64,000 nt of DNA, from contig CAYVMA010000002.1 in NCBI GenBank assembly GCA_964452455.1, positions 6,283-70,282 on the forward strand, given 5' to 3'. Both the position numbers and the translations under genes were made by a program. Position 1 is the stretch's first letter. The number at the start of each line of letters is the position of its first letter. The DNA comes from an uncultured Fervidobacterium sp. Lineage in GTDB: Bacteria; Thermotogota; Thermotogae; Thermotogales; Fervidobacteriaceae. This document shows, piece by piece, positions 37,338 through 46,413 of the stretch. The notes below the pieces were generated by a model. That model saw nothing but the letters and a program-made list of their open reading frames with translations, ran no database searches and was not told the DNA's origin.

Positions 37338-37964
37338 ATGTCCGAGTTCAAAAAGATATTGAAAAATAACTTTTGGTTCGAAAACCCCGTATTTGTGCAA
37401 ATATTAGGTATATGTTCCACACTTGCTGTTACCAACAATTTGAGGAACACACTCATAATGACTATTGGTGTTACACTTGTAACCGCGCTTTCCAACCTCA
37501 CAATTTCTGCAATGCGAAACTTAATTCCAAGAAAGGTCAGAATGATAACGCAAGTGCTTGTGATATCGTTCTACGTTATCATGTTCGATATAGTCCTCAG
37601 AGCTTACGTTCCTGATGTAAGTAAAGCACTTGGACCGTACGTTGGTTTGATTATTACGAACTGTATAATCATGGGGCGTGCGGAAGCTTTTGCTCAGGGA
37701 AACAAACCGCTGATTTCGTTCTGGGACGGTTTTACAGCAGGGCTTGGATATATGTTCGTTTTGGTTGTTGTTGCGTTTTTTAGAGAGCTTATGGGATTCG
37801 GTACAATCCTTGGTTTCCAAGTTTTGCCTAATTCCTTCCCGAAGTGGACGATTATGGTTATGCCACCAAGTGCGTTCTTTGTCTTAGCCTCATTCATTTG
37901 GATAGTCAGAGGTATACAGATTAAAAAAGATGTGAGCCAGTCCTCAGGGGGTGAAAATAAATGA
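37338..37964 (+). CDS. nqrD: NqrD/RnfE-family membrane subunit.
   Basis: ILGICSTLAVT and ITNCIIMGRAEAFA conserved Cys motifs. Confidence 0.9.
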   Translation: MSEFKKILKNNFWFENPVFVQILGICSTLAVTNNLRNTLIMTIGVTLVTALSNLTISAMRNLIPRKVRMITQVLVISFYVIMFDIVLRAYVPDVSKALGPYVGLIITNCIIMGRAEAFAQGNKPLISFWDGFTAGLGYMFVLVVVAFFRELMGFGTILGFQVLPNSFPKWTIMVMPPSAFFVLASFIWIVRGIQIKKDVSQSSGGENK

Positions 37965-38557
37965 TGTACCCAAATATTAATCCATTAGTGTTATTTTTCG
38001 CTTCCATTTTTACCAGTAACATACTACTCACAAACTTCCTTGGAATGTGTTCGTTTATTTCCATTTCAAAGGATTTGAAATCTTCCAACGGCTTAGGCAT
38101 TGCAGTAACACTTGTTATGACAATAACAACTGCACTTAACTGGATTTTAGAAAAATACGTGATAACTCCACTAGATATAGGTTATCTTAGATACATAATC
38201 TACATCATCGTAATAGCAGCTATTGTCCAAGTTCTTGAGATGATAATAGATAGAGTTTCACCCAATCTTTACATGGTCCTTGGTATTTTCCTACCTTTGA
38301 TAACAGTTAATTGTGCAATTCTTGGTGTAGCCTTGTTTATGCAACTTAGAAACTATTCCTTCATTCAGTCTGTCTTTTTCGGACTCGGTAGCGGAATTGG
38401 CTGGTGGCTTGCAATTGTTCTTTTGGCAGCTATCAGAAAGAAGACAGAGAATGCGCCAGTTCCGGCTCCACTTAAGGGTGTCGGTGTAACGCTTATCACC
38501 ATTGGGATAATGGCAATGGCATTCATTGGCTTTGCCGGTATGATAAATGTTCGGTGA
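37961..38557 (+). CDS. nqrE: NqrE/RnfA-family membrane subunit.
   Basis: FLGMCSFISIS and ITVNCAILGVALF conserved Cys motifs. ATGATG overlap with the upstream gene. Confidence 0.9.
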   Translation: MMYPNINPLVLFFASIFTSNILLTNFLGMCSFISISKDLKSSNGLGIAVTLVMTITTALNWILEKYVITPLDIGYLRYIIYIIVIAAIVQVLEMIIDRVSPNLYMVLGIFLPLITVNCAILGVALFMQLRNYSFIQSVFFGLGSGIGWWLAIVLLAAIRKKTENAPVPAPLKGVGVTLITIGIMAMAFIGFAGMINVR

Positions 38558-38584
38558 TTATATTGATGTTGGGTGGTGATAAGT

Positions 38585-39694
38585 ATGGAAATAATCGTTG
38601 CGCCTTTGGTGGTATCAATGATTAGTTCTGCTTTGGCTTTGATAATAGTCATTGTTGACGGTGTTGTCAACAACTACGGAGAAGTAGAAATTGATATTAA
38701 TAACGGAAAGAAGAAGTTAAAAGTGAAAGGTGGAGCACCTCTTCTCCATACACTTAGCTCAACTGGGATATTTGTGCCCTCTGCATGTGGTGGAAGAGGC
38801 AGTTGTGGTGCCTGTAAGGTGAAAGTGTTATCAGACGTTGGTCCGCACCTACCAACCGAACTACCTTATATGTCAAAAGAAGAGATAGCTGAAAATATAA
38901 GATTAGCGTGCCAGATAAAACTGAAGAAAGACATAAAAATATATTTGCCAGAAGAGCTGTTCAACATCAAAAAGTTCAAGGGTATCGTTGAGAAAATTAA
39001 AGATGTAACTTACGATATCAAAGAACTCAGAATACGTTTAGTGGAACCTAACGAGATAAGCTTCAAGGCCGGTCAGTACGTCCAACTGGTTATTCCACCG
39101 TATGAGAACATTAAAGAACCTACACAAAGAGCATACTCGATATCTTCTTCCCCCAGTGATAAGAACCACATTGAGTTATTAATAAGATTAGTTCCAGGTG
39201 GAATTGCAACAACTTACGTTCATAAATATATGAAAGAAGGAGACCTAGTCGAAGTGGTTGGACCGTTTGGTGAATTCTATATGAGAGAAACGAACGCTGA
39301 TATGATAATGGTTGCTGGCGGAAGCGGAATGGCACCCATAAAATCCATCATCTTTGACATGTGGGAACGCGGAATAACAGATAGAAATGTGTGGTATTTC
39401 TTTGGTGCACGTAGCAAAAGGGACCTTTATTACGTGGAGATGTTCCAAGAACTTGAAAAGAAGTGGCCGAAATTTCATTTCATCCCCGCTCTCTCAGACC
39501 CTCTTCCGGAAGATGACTGGGAAGGTGAAACCGGTCTTATAACAAACGTTTTGGATAAATACTTGGCATCAGTTATACCACAAGACACACCAAAAGAAGG
39601 GTACTTGTGTGGTAGCCCAGGGATGATAAACGCTTGTGTTCAAGTGTTTGATAAGTATGGTGTAAAGGATGTTTATTACGACAAATTTGCATAA
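38585..39694 (+). CDS. nqrF: NqrF-type subunit: TM helix, plant-type 2Fe-2S ferredoxin domain and FNR-like FAD/NAD(H)-binding domain.
   Basis: SACGGRGSCGACKVKV, LPTEL, RLACQ, RAYSISS, GPFGEF, GGSGMAPIKS and ALSDPLPEDDWEGETGLITNVL closely follow the Vibrio NqrF motif order. Start moved to the ATG at 38585. Confidence 0.9.
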   Translation: MEIIVAPLVVSMISSALALIIVIVDGVVNNYGEVEIDINNGKKKLKVKGGAPLLHTLSSTGIFVPSACGGRGSCGACKVKVLSDVGPHLPTELPYMSKEEIAENIRLACQIKLKKDIKIYLPEELFNIKKFKGIVEKIKDVTYDIKELRIRLVEPNEISFKAGQYVQLVIPPYENIKEPTQRAYSISSSPSDKNHIELLIRLVPGGIATTYVHKYMKEGDLVEVVGPFGEFYMRETNADMIMVAGGSGMAPIKSIIFDMWERGITDRNVWYFFGARSKRDLYYVEMFQELEKKWPKFHFIPALSDPLPEDDWEGETGLITNVLDKYLASVIPQDTPKEGYLCGSPGMINACVQVFDKYGVKDVYYDKFA

Positions 39695-39720
39695 TTAATC
39701 GACGATAGGGGGTGAGCGAA

Positions 39721-40170
39721 ATGAAAATGACTCCCAAGTATATTAAAGCACAAGAAAACATGAAACCGGGAAAGATTACAGCAGATGGATTTTTGGGAGA
39801 TGATGACAGAAATATTGTAGACATAATCGCTGCTGACGAAGAAGAGTTTCAATACCTCGGTTTAGATTTTGTTGAAGTAGCCAAGCTTATGAGAAAACTC
39901 ATGAAAGAGGGGTTGAAAGGTTTAGGAGAACCTATAAAATATGAAAAATGGGAGATAAGAGTAGACGAGGCAAGGGGATTTCTACCATGTCCTTTCCAAG
40001 ATGGGATTTTTAGAAAAAGAGTGGCGCTGGTAAAGAACTTGAATAACGGTAAAGAGCTCATGTTCAGTGAATTATCTATTCATTTACTCGCCGCTCACCA
40101 CTTTTTGCAGGGCAAGGGCTCAAAATTCAGGTTAGAGCCTGCAATAATTAAAGCTGTCTTGTATGAATAA
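39721..40170 (+). CDS. Hypothetical cytoplasmic protein.
   Basis: About 149 aa with no recognised motif. AGGGGGTGA lies upstream. It sits 26 nt downstream of nqrF on the same strand. Confidence 0.55.
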   Translation: MKMTPKYIKAQENMKPGKITADGFLGDDDRNIVDIIAADEEEFQYLGLDFVEVAKLMRKLMKEGLKGLGEPIKYEKWEIRVDEARGFLPCPFQDGIFRKRVALVKNLNNGKELMFSELSIHLLAAHHFLQGKGSKFRLEPAIIKAVLYE

Positions 40171-40206
40171 AACCTACCAAAAAATCTGTGAATGGGGGTG
40201 AAAGTC

Positions 40207-40890
40207 ATGAAGGTGACGTTCTTAGGACATGCAGTAGTATTGATTAGCGAAATTGAAGGGAAGTACAACGTAATTATCGACCCATTTATAAGTGGTAACC
40301 CAGCTTATCCAAAGGGATTTGAACTACCAAAGTTAGACTACATTCTCGTGACCCATGGTCATGGTGACCATGTAGGCGATACCGTTGAACTGGCAAAGAA
40401 ATATGGTGCCACTGTAATTGCAAATTTTGAGTTATGCAACTATTTGCAGGCAAAAGGTTGCAAGGTTCACCCTATGCATGTCGGGGGAGTTTACTATTTT
40501 GAATTTGGAAAAGTGAAACTGACACCTGCCGTCCATGGTTCCGGCATACATGAAGGAGACAAGGTTATTTACGGCGGCAACCCCTGTGGCTTTTTGATAA
40601 AAACGGAAGGCAAAACCATATACCATGCAGGTGACACAGGATTGACAAAGGAGATGGAGTTAATTAAAGGTGTAAATCTTGCGTTCCTACCAATTGGTGG
40701 GAACTTCGTTATGGACGTGGAAGACGCAATAACAGCTGTTGAAATGATAAAACCAAAAGTAGTTGTTCCAATGCACTACAACACATGGGATATCATCAAA
40801 GCAGATCCCGAAAAATTCAAAACAGAAGTCGAAAAAATGGGAGTCAGGTGTGTTATTATGAAACCAGGTGAAACAATCGAATGTCAGTAA
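40207..40890 (+). CDS. Metal-dependent hydrolase, beta-lactamase fold (UPF0173 family).
   Basis: MKVTFLGHA...DPFISGNP...[16 protein letters not shown] at 40207 follows GGGGGTGA. Confidence 0.85.
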   Translation: MKVTFLGHAVVLISEIEGKYNVIIDPFISGNPAYPKGFELPKLDYILVTHGHGDHVGDTVELAKKYGATVIANFELCNYLQAKGCKVHPMHVGGVYYFEFGKVKLTPAVHGSGIHEGDKVIYGGNPCGFLIKTEGKTIYHAGDTGLTKEMELIKGVNLAFLPIGGNFVMDVEDAITAVEMIKPKVVVPMHYNTWDIIKADPEKFKTEVEKMGVRCVIMKPGETIECQ

Positions 40891-40904
40891 TAACTGATAA
40901 TCAA

Positions 40905-40930
40905 AAAAGGCTCGCTTACGCGAGCCTTTT
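40905..40930. terminator. Bidirectional intrinsic terminator.
   Basis: AAAAGGCTCGC-ttac-GCGAGCCTTTT between convergent genes. Confidence 0.7.
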
Positions 40931-40943
40931 TAATTAAACATCG

Positions 40944-42590
40944 TCAATTCGACTTCTTTTCTCGTGCCTTCTGAACTAATGGTTTGGATGATTTCGAATA
41001 TCTTCCACTCTTTCCTGTGTTCTTGTTTAGAGTCCTCATAATAACATCTGCATCGGCTTCGTTAACATCTATAAATGAGTATGTCTCAAAGACTCGCACA
41101 TTGCTTATATTTTTTGGTTCAATACCCGTCTTCTCAGATATGTATTCAACAAGTCTCTTTTTATCCAAACCTTTAGAAGAACCAAGTGCCACAAATAATC
41201 TCACAGTCGAGTTATTCTCTGATTGTTTTGAAAAATCCTTCACTTTGATGTTTCCATAACGTGTAATATCTATCTTCTCTTTTAAAAGGGTATGAAGTAA
41301 CATTTCAACTGCTTCTGTAGGTCCCATCTCTTCGATCAATTTTTGAGCGACTTGTCTGAAGAGTTCATTGGAAACGTATGATTCTTTCCTAATGCTATTG
41401 ATAACACTTTCAAGTTGCCTGTTAAGTATATCTTCAACCATGGGGATTTTATCCTTCATTATCTTTGCCTTTGCAAATCTCTTTACTCTTGTAAAATGAT
41501 AGTAATCGCTCCTTGTTACGAATGTAATCGCAAGTCCTTTCTTTCCTGCCCTTCCGGTTCGACCTATCCTATGTACGTAGTATTCTGGGTCTCTCGGAAC
41601 AGAGTAATTGATAACATGAGTGAGGCCTTCTATATCTATTCCCCTTGCCGCAACATCCGTAGTGACAAGTATGTTCAACTGCTTTTTTCTGAATTTATCG
41701 AGAACTCGCTCCCTTTGAGATTGTGAATAATCACCATGCAACCCATCTGCGTTATACCTCAGGTCTGACAGTTTCTTAGCAATTTCATCAACTTCGGCTT
41801 TTGTCTGGCAGAAGACAATACCATAGAACTCAGGATTCATATCAATTATTCTACACAAGAGTGGTAACTTATCACTCTCTTCAACTTCGAAGTAAAGTTG
41901 TTCTGCATTCCCTGTTGTGAGTTCTTCTTTTACAGTGGATATATGTTCGTAATCCTTCATGAATTTTCTTGCAATGTTTACTATTTCCTTCGGCATTGTT
42001 GCTGAAAAGAGAAATGTGCGCTTCGTTTCAGGTGTTTGTTTAATTATCTCAAGCACATCATCCAAAAATCCCATATCAAGCATTCTGTCAGCTTCATCTA
42101 ATACCAAGTATTTTACATTGGACAAATCGAGCGTTTTGCGATATATATGATCAAGCAATCTTCCAGGTGTTCCAACAACGATATCTACACCTTTCCCAAG
42201 GTCTTTAAGCTGCCGTTCTATCGATTGACCACCGTAGATAGTAGAAACTTTGACTCTACGATTCCCTCTAAGACTTTTTATCTCTTCGTATATTTGAAGT
42301 GCTAACTCTCTTGTAGGTGTGACTATCAACGCTTTGATACTCTTGTCTACCTTAAAATCTATACGTTCAAGTATTGGTATCGCAAATGCCACTGTCTTCC
42401 CTGTTCCTGTCTGAGCTTGAGCGATTATATCTTTATCAGTCCCAAGAGCTACGGGAAGCACCAACTTCTGAATTTCGGTGGGTTGAGTGTAACCTTTCTT
42501 CTCAATAGCTGAGAGTGTTTCCTCACTCAAGCCAAAAACTTCGAAACCACTTTCTCTTTCAACGCTTTTCGTAATATCTGTTTTCTTCAT
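40944..42590 (-). CDS. DEAD-box ATP-dependent RNA helicase with a DbpA-type C-terminal RNA-binding domain.
   Basis: AQTGTGKT, DEAD, SAT and HRIGRTGRAG motifs, plus a basic C-terminal tail. Confidence 0.9.
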   Translation of the reverse strand: MKKTDITKSVERESGFEVFGLSEETLSAIEKKGYTQPTEIQKLVLPVALGTDKDIIAQAQTGTGKTVAFAIPILERIDFKVDKSIKALIVTPTRELALQIYEEIKSLRGNRRVKVSTIYGGQSIERQLKDLGKGVDIVVGTPGRLLDHIYRKTLDLSNVKYLVLDEADRMLDMGFLDDVLEIIKQTPETKRTFLFSATMPKEIVNIARKFMKDYEHISTVKEELTTGNAEQLYFEVEESDKLPLLCRIIDMNPEFYGIVFCQTKAEVDEIAKKLSDLRYNADGLHGDYSQSQRERVLDKFRKKQLNILVTTDVAARGIDIEGLTHVINYSVPRDPEYYVHRIGRTGRAGKKGLAITFVTRSDYYHFTRVKRFAKAKIMKDKIPMVEDILNRQLESVINSIRKESYVSNELFRQVAQKLIEEMGPTEAVEMLLHTLLKEKIDITRYGNIKVKDFSKQSENNSTVRLFVALGSSKGLDKKRLVEYISEKTGIEPKNISNVRVFETYSFIDVNEADADVIMRTLNKNTGKSGRYSKSSKPLVQKAREKKSN

Positions 42591-42720
42591 ATCTACTCCT
42601 ACCTTTCTTCCCTGCGGGATTTAGAAATTCCCACCCCTCACCTTGCCGTCTTACCTGTCAGGTTAAGTCGGGTGGTTTACCTCACACGCAAGGAGAAAGG
42701 AGTGGACCATATTTGTGCGT
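42591..42720 (-). promoter_or_regulatory. Long structured 5' leader of the DEAD-box helicase gene.
   Basis: On the mRNA strand, the pyrimidine tract CCACUCCUUUCUCCUUGC can pair with GCAAGGUGAGGGGUGG (about 15 bp) or with the purine tract GGGAAGAAAGG next to the SD AGGUAGGAG. No CDS is present. Confidence 0.4.
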
Positions 42721-42817
42721 ATTTTATGTTCTTATGCACATGCTAAGTAAGTTTAACATACTTTTAGATAAGTACAATTAACATTGGATTAAGATTGATT
42801 ACGCTTTCAGTAACTGC

Positions 42818-43342
42818 CTAAATGACCTTTGCGAGCAAAACTTCCTTCATCTCGCGCAGTGCAAAATTGTGCATATCTTTGTCGAAACTATCGACACAGT
42901 TAGAATATACAACTGTTTCTATACCTCGATTCCTCAGTTCTTCAACAGTAAACAGAACGCATATATGGGTTACGAGTCCGCCGACATGAACTTTTCTAAT
43001 ATCCAATTCTCTGAGCAAGTTCTCAAGATTTGTTCCATAGAATGCAGAGTATCTGCTTTTCTTTATTTCATAAGCTTTTTCATATCCATCTAACACTTCT
43101 TTTAGTTCATCAACGATCTCACTTCCTTTTGTATCGTGCAAGCAATGTACACCCCATATATCAAACTCGTAGTCGTTGTCCTCATGCCAATCTCTTGTAT
43201 ATATAATCGGCAAGCCTCTTTTCTTGAATTCTTTTGATAACTCAACAATTGGAAGGATGACATTCTCAGCACCTGGGAAATAAAGGGCACCGCCTGGTTT
43301 TGCAAAGTCATTCTGCAAATCAACTATCAACAACGCCTCCAT
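42818..43342 (-). CDS. pncA: Isochorismatase-family hydrolase, probable nicotinamidase.
   Basis: ALLIVDLQNDF and the catalytic Cys in VTHICV. It lies directly downstream of niaR. Confidence 0.75.
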   Translation of the reverse strand: MEALLIVDLQNDFAKPGGALYFPGAENVILPIVELSKEFKKRGLPIIYTRDWHEDNDYEFDIWGVHCLHDTKGSEIVDELKEVLDGYEKAYEIKKSRYSAFYGTNLENLLRELDIRKVHVGGLVTHICVLFTVEELRNRGIETVVYSNCVDSFDKDMHNFALREMKEVLLAKVI

Positions 43343-43365
43343 CTTAGCACCTCCCGCAAGATAAG

Positions 43366-43899
43366 TTACTCATTATCTTCTGTTTTTTCATTCTTCTCTG
43401 CATCATCTTTTGAGAGTCTGTACTTACTGATTGCTTTAAGTATCTTTTTCATAGTCTCTTCATCTGGGGCTTCTATGGTATGAAGGTGTACACCATTTGA
43501 AATCTCGGAAAGGGGTTTTGTACCACTCGAAGCTAAGAGGGAAACAAATTTCTCCACTTCGTCAAGAGTTGAAACGTCTATTCTCCCAGTAATTTCACCA
43601 TAAACAGGATGTTCAACGATAACATCCAAGACTTTTCCTCCGTTTTCGACTATACGCCTAAGCTCGTCGTAAATATCCTTCGAGGAATGCTTTACAGCGA
43701 CAACCCTGCGAACCCTGTTTCCTGAGTCGTAGAGGTAACCATCTCTCGTAGCAACTATCTTGTGTCCTTCTTCTCTCAACTGTGCGATGTCCGAAACTAT
43801 AATCTGTCTACTTACATCAAAAAGTTCTGCTAAGTATTTACCTTTAACTGGAGTCTTGCTTTTTTTGAGCAGTTCCAAAATTTGATACTTTCTTTCCAT
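43366..43899 (-). CDS. niaR: NiaR (YrxA)-type transcriptional repressor of NAD metabolism (HTH plus 3H domain).
   Basis: ERKYQILELLKKSKTPVKGKYLAELFDVSRQIIVSDIAQLREEG HTH, plus the His-containing 3H domain (VKHSS..., VEHPVYG..., HLHTIEA). Start moved to the ATG at 43899. Confidence 0.8.
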   Translation of the reverse strand: MERKYQILELLKKSKTPVKGKYLAELFDVSRQIIVSDIAQLREEGHKIVATRDGYLYDSGNRVRRVVAVKHSSKDIYDELRRIVENGGKVLDVIVEHPVYGEITGRIDVSTLDEVEKFVSLLASSGTKPLSEISNGVHLHTIEAPDEETMKKILKAISKYRLSKDDAEKNEKTEDNE

Positions 43900-43984
43900 A
43901 AATATCACCTCAAATTTATTATACAATATTTTACAGAGAAAGTTAATATCAGACACAACTTATCTAAGTGTGAAAAAATAAAAA

Positions 43985-44005
43985 GGGCGGGTTGCAATCC
44001 CGCCC
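43985..44005 (-). terminator. Intrinsic terminator downstream of the 5'-nucleotidase gene.
   Basis: GGGCGGG-7 nt-CCCGCCC, followed on the minus strand by TTTTTTATTTTTT. Confidence 0.7.
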
Positions 44006-44027
44006 GTAGATTTTAATTTTTGTGGTT

Positions 44028-45554
44028 TTATTTTCTTTCAACTCTTGGTTTATCGTCGTAACTTGTAATCTTTCCACCGAGCACCTTTTGGATATACTCA
44101 ACTACAACGTCAGCCATAACGTAATACGTGTCGTATCCTTTCTGACCCTTTAACATTGCATATCCATCTCCACCTGCCGCCATATAGTTGTTAGTAACTA
44201 CCTTATACACTTTTTCTGGGTCTATCGGTTTCCCATTGATGAGCACTTCAACAAGTTTTCCTCCTTCTGCCTTCCACGTTGCACCGGCAACTTGCAAAAA
44301 TGCGCCCTGCCCATTTGGAACCGATGCAGCATATTCAAAAACTTTGAGAAGGTCTGAGCCTTTCATTTCCAAAACATACAATGTGTTTCCGAATGGGAGA
44401 ACTGTTAGGACATCTCTTATCTTAATCTCACCAGGTTTAATGGAAGCTCTTATTCCACCACCGTTTGTAAGTGCTACATCTACTCCTGTTTTCCAAAGCA
44501 TAGCATCTGTTATGAGATTGGTAAGGTTTGTTGTCTTGGACCTAACATCCGCCCTTTCTCCGTTCAGTAGGATTTCTGTATAACCAATTACTGTATCGAG
44601 TTTTGCTCCACCGAGTTTTTTGAAATAATCGAGAGCTGTCTTTACATATGCTGCTTCAGGAGTAATTACCTGGTATACATTTTTGCCTGCCTCATCTTTT
44701 CCAACAACCTTAGCCTGAACCACGGGTATTGCTTGCCACTCTATTTTCGTAACTTTCCCATCTTCAAAGTAAATATCGGCTCTTCCCAACACCTTTGCCC
44801 ATTCGAATGCCTGAACTATAGGAACTCCGTTAACTACTATAGGTTGAGTAAGATTCGTGTGACTGTGACCATCGATTATTAAATCAATGCCAGAAACTTG
44901 CTGAGCCAATTGGTCAGCGGTTGTGTAAAGTTCCGAATAACCTTGACCAACGCCAAGGTGTGTCAATGCAATTACAATATCAGCTTGTTTCCTAATTTCC
45001 GGAATCAGTGCTTTTGCAACTTCGATTACATTCTTGAATTCCAAATCTTCAGAATTTGGGCCTTCAAGTATCTTTGTGTGTTCCGTTGTGAAACCTACGA
45101 TTGCCACTCTTACTCCACCAATGTTTTTAATTATGTAAGGCGTAAAGAATGGCTTTCCATCTTTGTAAATGTTTGCACTTAAAAATGGGAACTTTGCCCA
45201 GCTTATTTGTTTCAAAAGCACTTCTCTTGGCTTGTCAAATTCATGGTTACCAACGGCCATAGCATCGAGTCTCATTCTATTCAGGACAAATATGTCAGGC
45301 AGTGCGTTTAACAAGTCTGATTCAGGAACACCTGTGTTTATATCTCCTGCATGCAAGAAAAGAACATAAGGATTAACCTTTCTTTCTGCATCAATAATTG
45401 TGGCAACCGTTGAAAAACCACCTATGATATTTCCTGCAGAGTCTGTAAATGGCCAAGCGCGTCCATGGGTGTCGTTAACATGAAATACAGTAATCTTTAC
45501 AGCAAGAGCAAGTAAACTCAGTAACAGGAAAAGTACAACAAGATATCTCTTCAC
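44028..45554 (-). CDS. Secreted bifunctional metallophosphatase / 5'-nucleotidase (UshA-like).
   Basis: Signal peptide. Metallophosphoesterase motifs HVNDTHG, HAGD, GNHEFD and DGHSH, plus the C-terminal 5'-nucleotidase domain. Confidence 0.85.
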   Translation of the reverse strand: MKRYLVVLFLLLSLLALAVKITVFHVNDTHGRAWPFTDSAGNIIGGFSTVATIIDAERKVNPYVLFLHAGDINTGVPESDLLNALPDIFVLNRMRLDAMAVGNHEFDKPREVLLKQISWAKFPFLSANIYKDGKPFFTPYIIKNIGGVRVAIVGFTTEHTKILEGPNSEDLEFKNVIEVAKALIPEIRKQADIVIALTHLGVGQGYSELYTTADQLAQQVSGIDLIIDGHSHTNLTQPIVVNGVPIVQAFEWAKVLGRADIYFEDGKVTKIEWQAIPVVQAKVVGKDEAGKNVYQVITPEAAYVKTALDYFKKLGGAKLDTVIGYTEILLNGERADVRSKTTNLTNLITDAMLWKTGVDVALTNGGGIRASIKPGEIKIRDVLTVLPFGNTLYVLEMKGSDLLKVFEYAASVPNGQGAFLQVAGATWKAEGGKLVEVLINGKPIDPEKVYKVVTNNYMAAGGDGYAMLKGQKGYDTYYVMADVVVEYIQKVLGGKITSYDDKPRVERK

Positions 45555-45621
45555 AGCAATCCCTCCTTCGCGAAAGTGGTAAATGAGATTATAGCACTAT
45601 ATTTATTTAAAGCAAAACTCC

Positions 45622-46404
45622 TTAAAAGACTTTTTCAAAAAGGTTCATAACGATTTCTAAAACAAACAACATTATAATCATTAATTCTAAGAAATTTGCT
45701 TTACTTTCACCATGAATTTCGAGAAGAACACTTGCAACCTCGAAGGCGTGGTCCAACTTCGTTGTCACGTTTTTGTATCTTCTTGATAGCTCGTAATACC
45801 TGGCAAGTTTCTGATACAACTGGTCGTACAATTCGTTTTCCCAGGCAATATCAGGTTTATCAAGTATCATAACATCTGAAAGTATTTCGTGTCTTGTTTT
45901 TAGTATCTTCATTGCAAGTCCTAATGCCTTCCTACCTTTCGCTACTTTTCCCTTTTCTGACAGAAATTTCTCGATTTCGTCTATTAGAAGACCTGTTTTT
46001 TGCTCTATCCTGTGCAAAGAAACGCTCTGAGCTAAAACAAAAGCGACCGTCGATAGCACGCCTTCATCTATTCTTGGTACGTAAACTCTATCTTCTGAAA
46101 TCTCGATTTCCCTGTCTTTTGTATCCTTGTTGACTAGCACCTCGAGTATTTCCGTTGCTGTGTGCTTCACGTTACCAATCACATATTCATCGAGTTCAGA
46201 AACAAGGCTATTAAATTGATTACTTGGTACATTCAATCCAACCACGGCTCCGAAGGAGTAGACGTAAACAGTTCCCTGTGCATATTTAAATTTAAACGGT
46301 TCTTCCCATCTTATATATTCAATATGTGATGATTTTTCCTGCATCAATCTCTTAATGTCAATGTCATCACCTAAGTCTAAGGCTATAAACCTGTAGTGCA
46401 CCAA
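45622..46404 (-). CDS. DUF155 / RMD1-family protein with a C-terminal TM helix.
   Basis: TVYVYSFGAVVGLNVP pattern and a C-terminal hydrophobic segment. Family assignment is by pattern only. Confidence 0.55.
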   Translation of the reverse strand: MVHYRFIALDLGDDIDIKRLMQEKSSHIEYIRWEEPFKFKYAQGTVYVYSFGAVVGLNVPSNQFNSLVSELDEYVIGNVKHTATEILEVLVNKDTKDREIEISEDRVYVPRIDEGVLSTVAFVLAQSVSLHRIEQKTGLLIDEIEKFLSEKGKVAKGRKALGLAMKILKTRHEILSDVMILDKPDIAWENELYDQLYQKLARYYELSRRYKNVTTKLDHAFEVASVLLEIHGESKANFLELMIIMLFVLEIVMNLFEKVF

Positions 46405-46413
46405 TAAAACCTC

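Noticed and set aside
42600-42710. Possible SRP (4.5S) RNA or another small RNA gene in the GC-rich structured segment between the helicase and pncA.
   Set aside because: On neither strand could I find the conserved SRP domain IV features, namely the GGAA tetraloop with flanking AGCA/GGAAG symmetric-loop sequence. The segment lies directly upstream of the helicase SD on the same strand, so a 5' leader is the simpler explanation.
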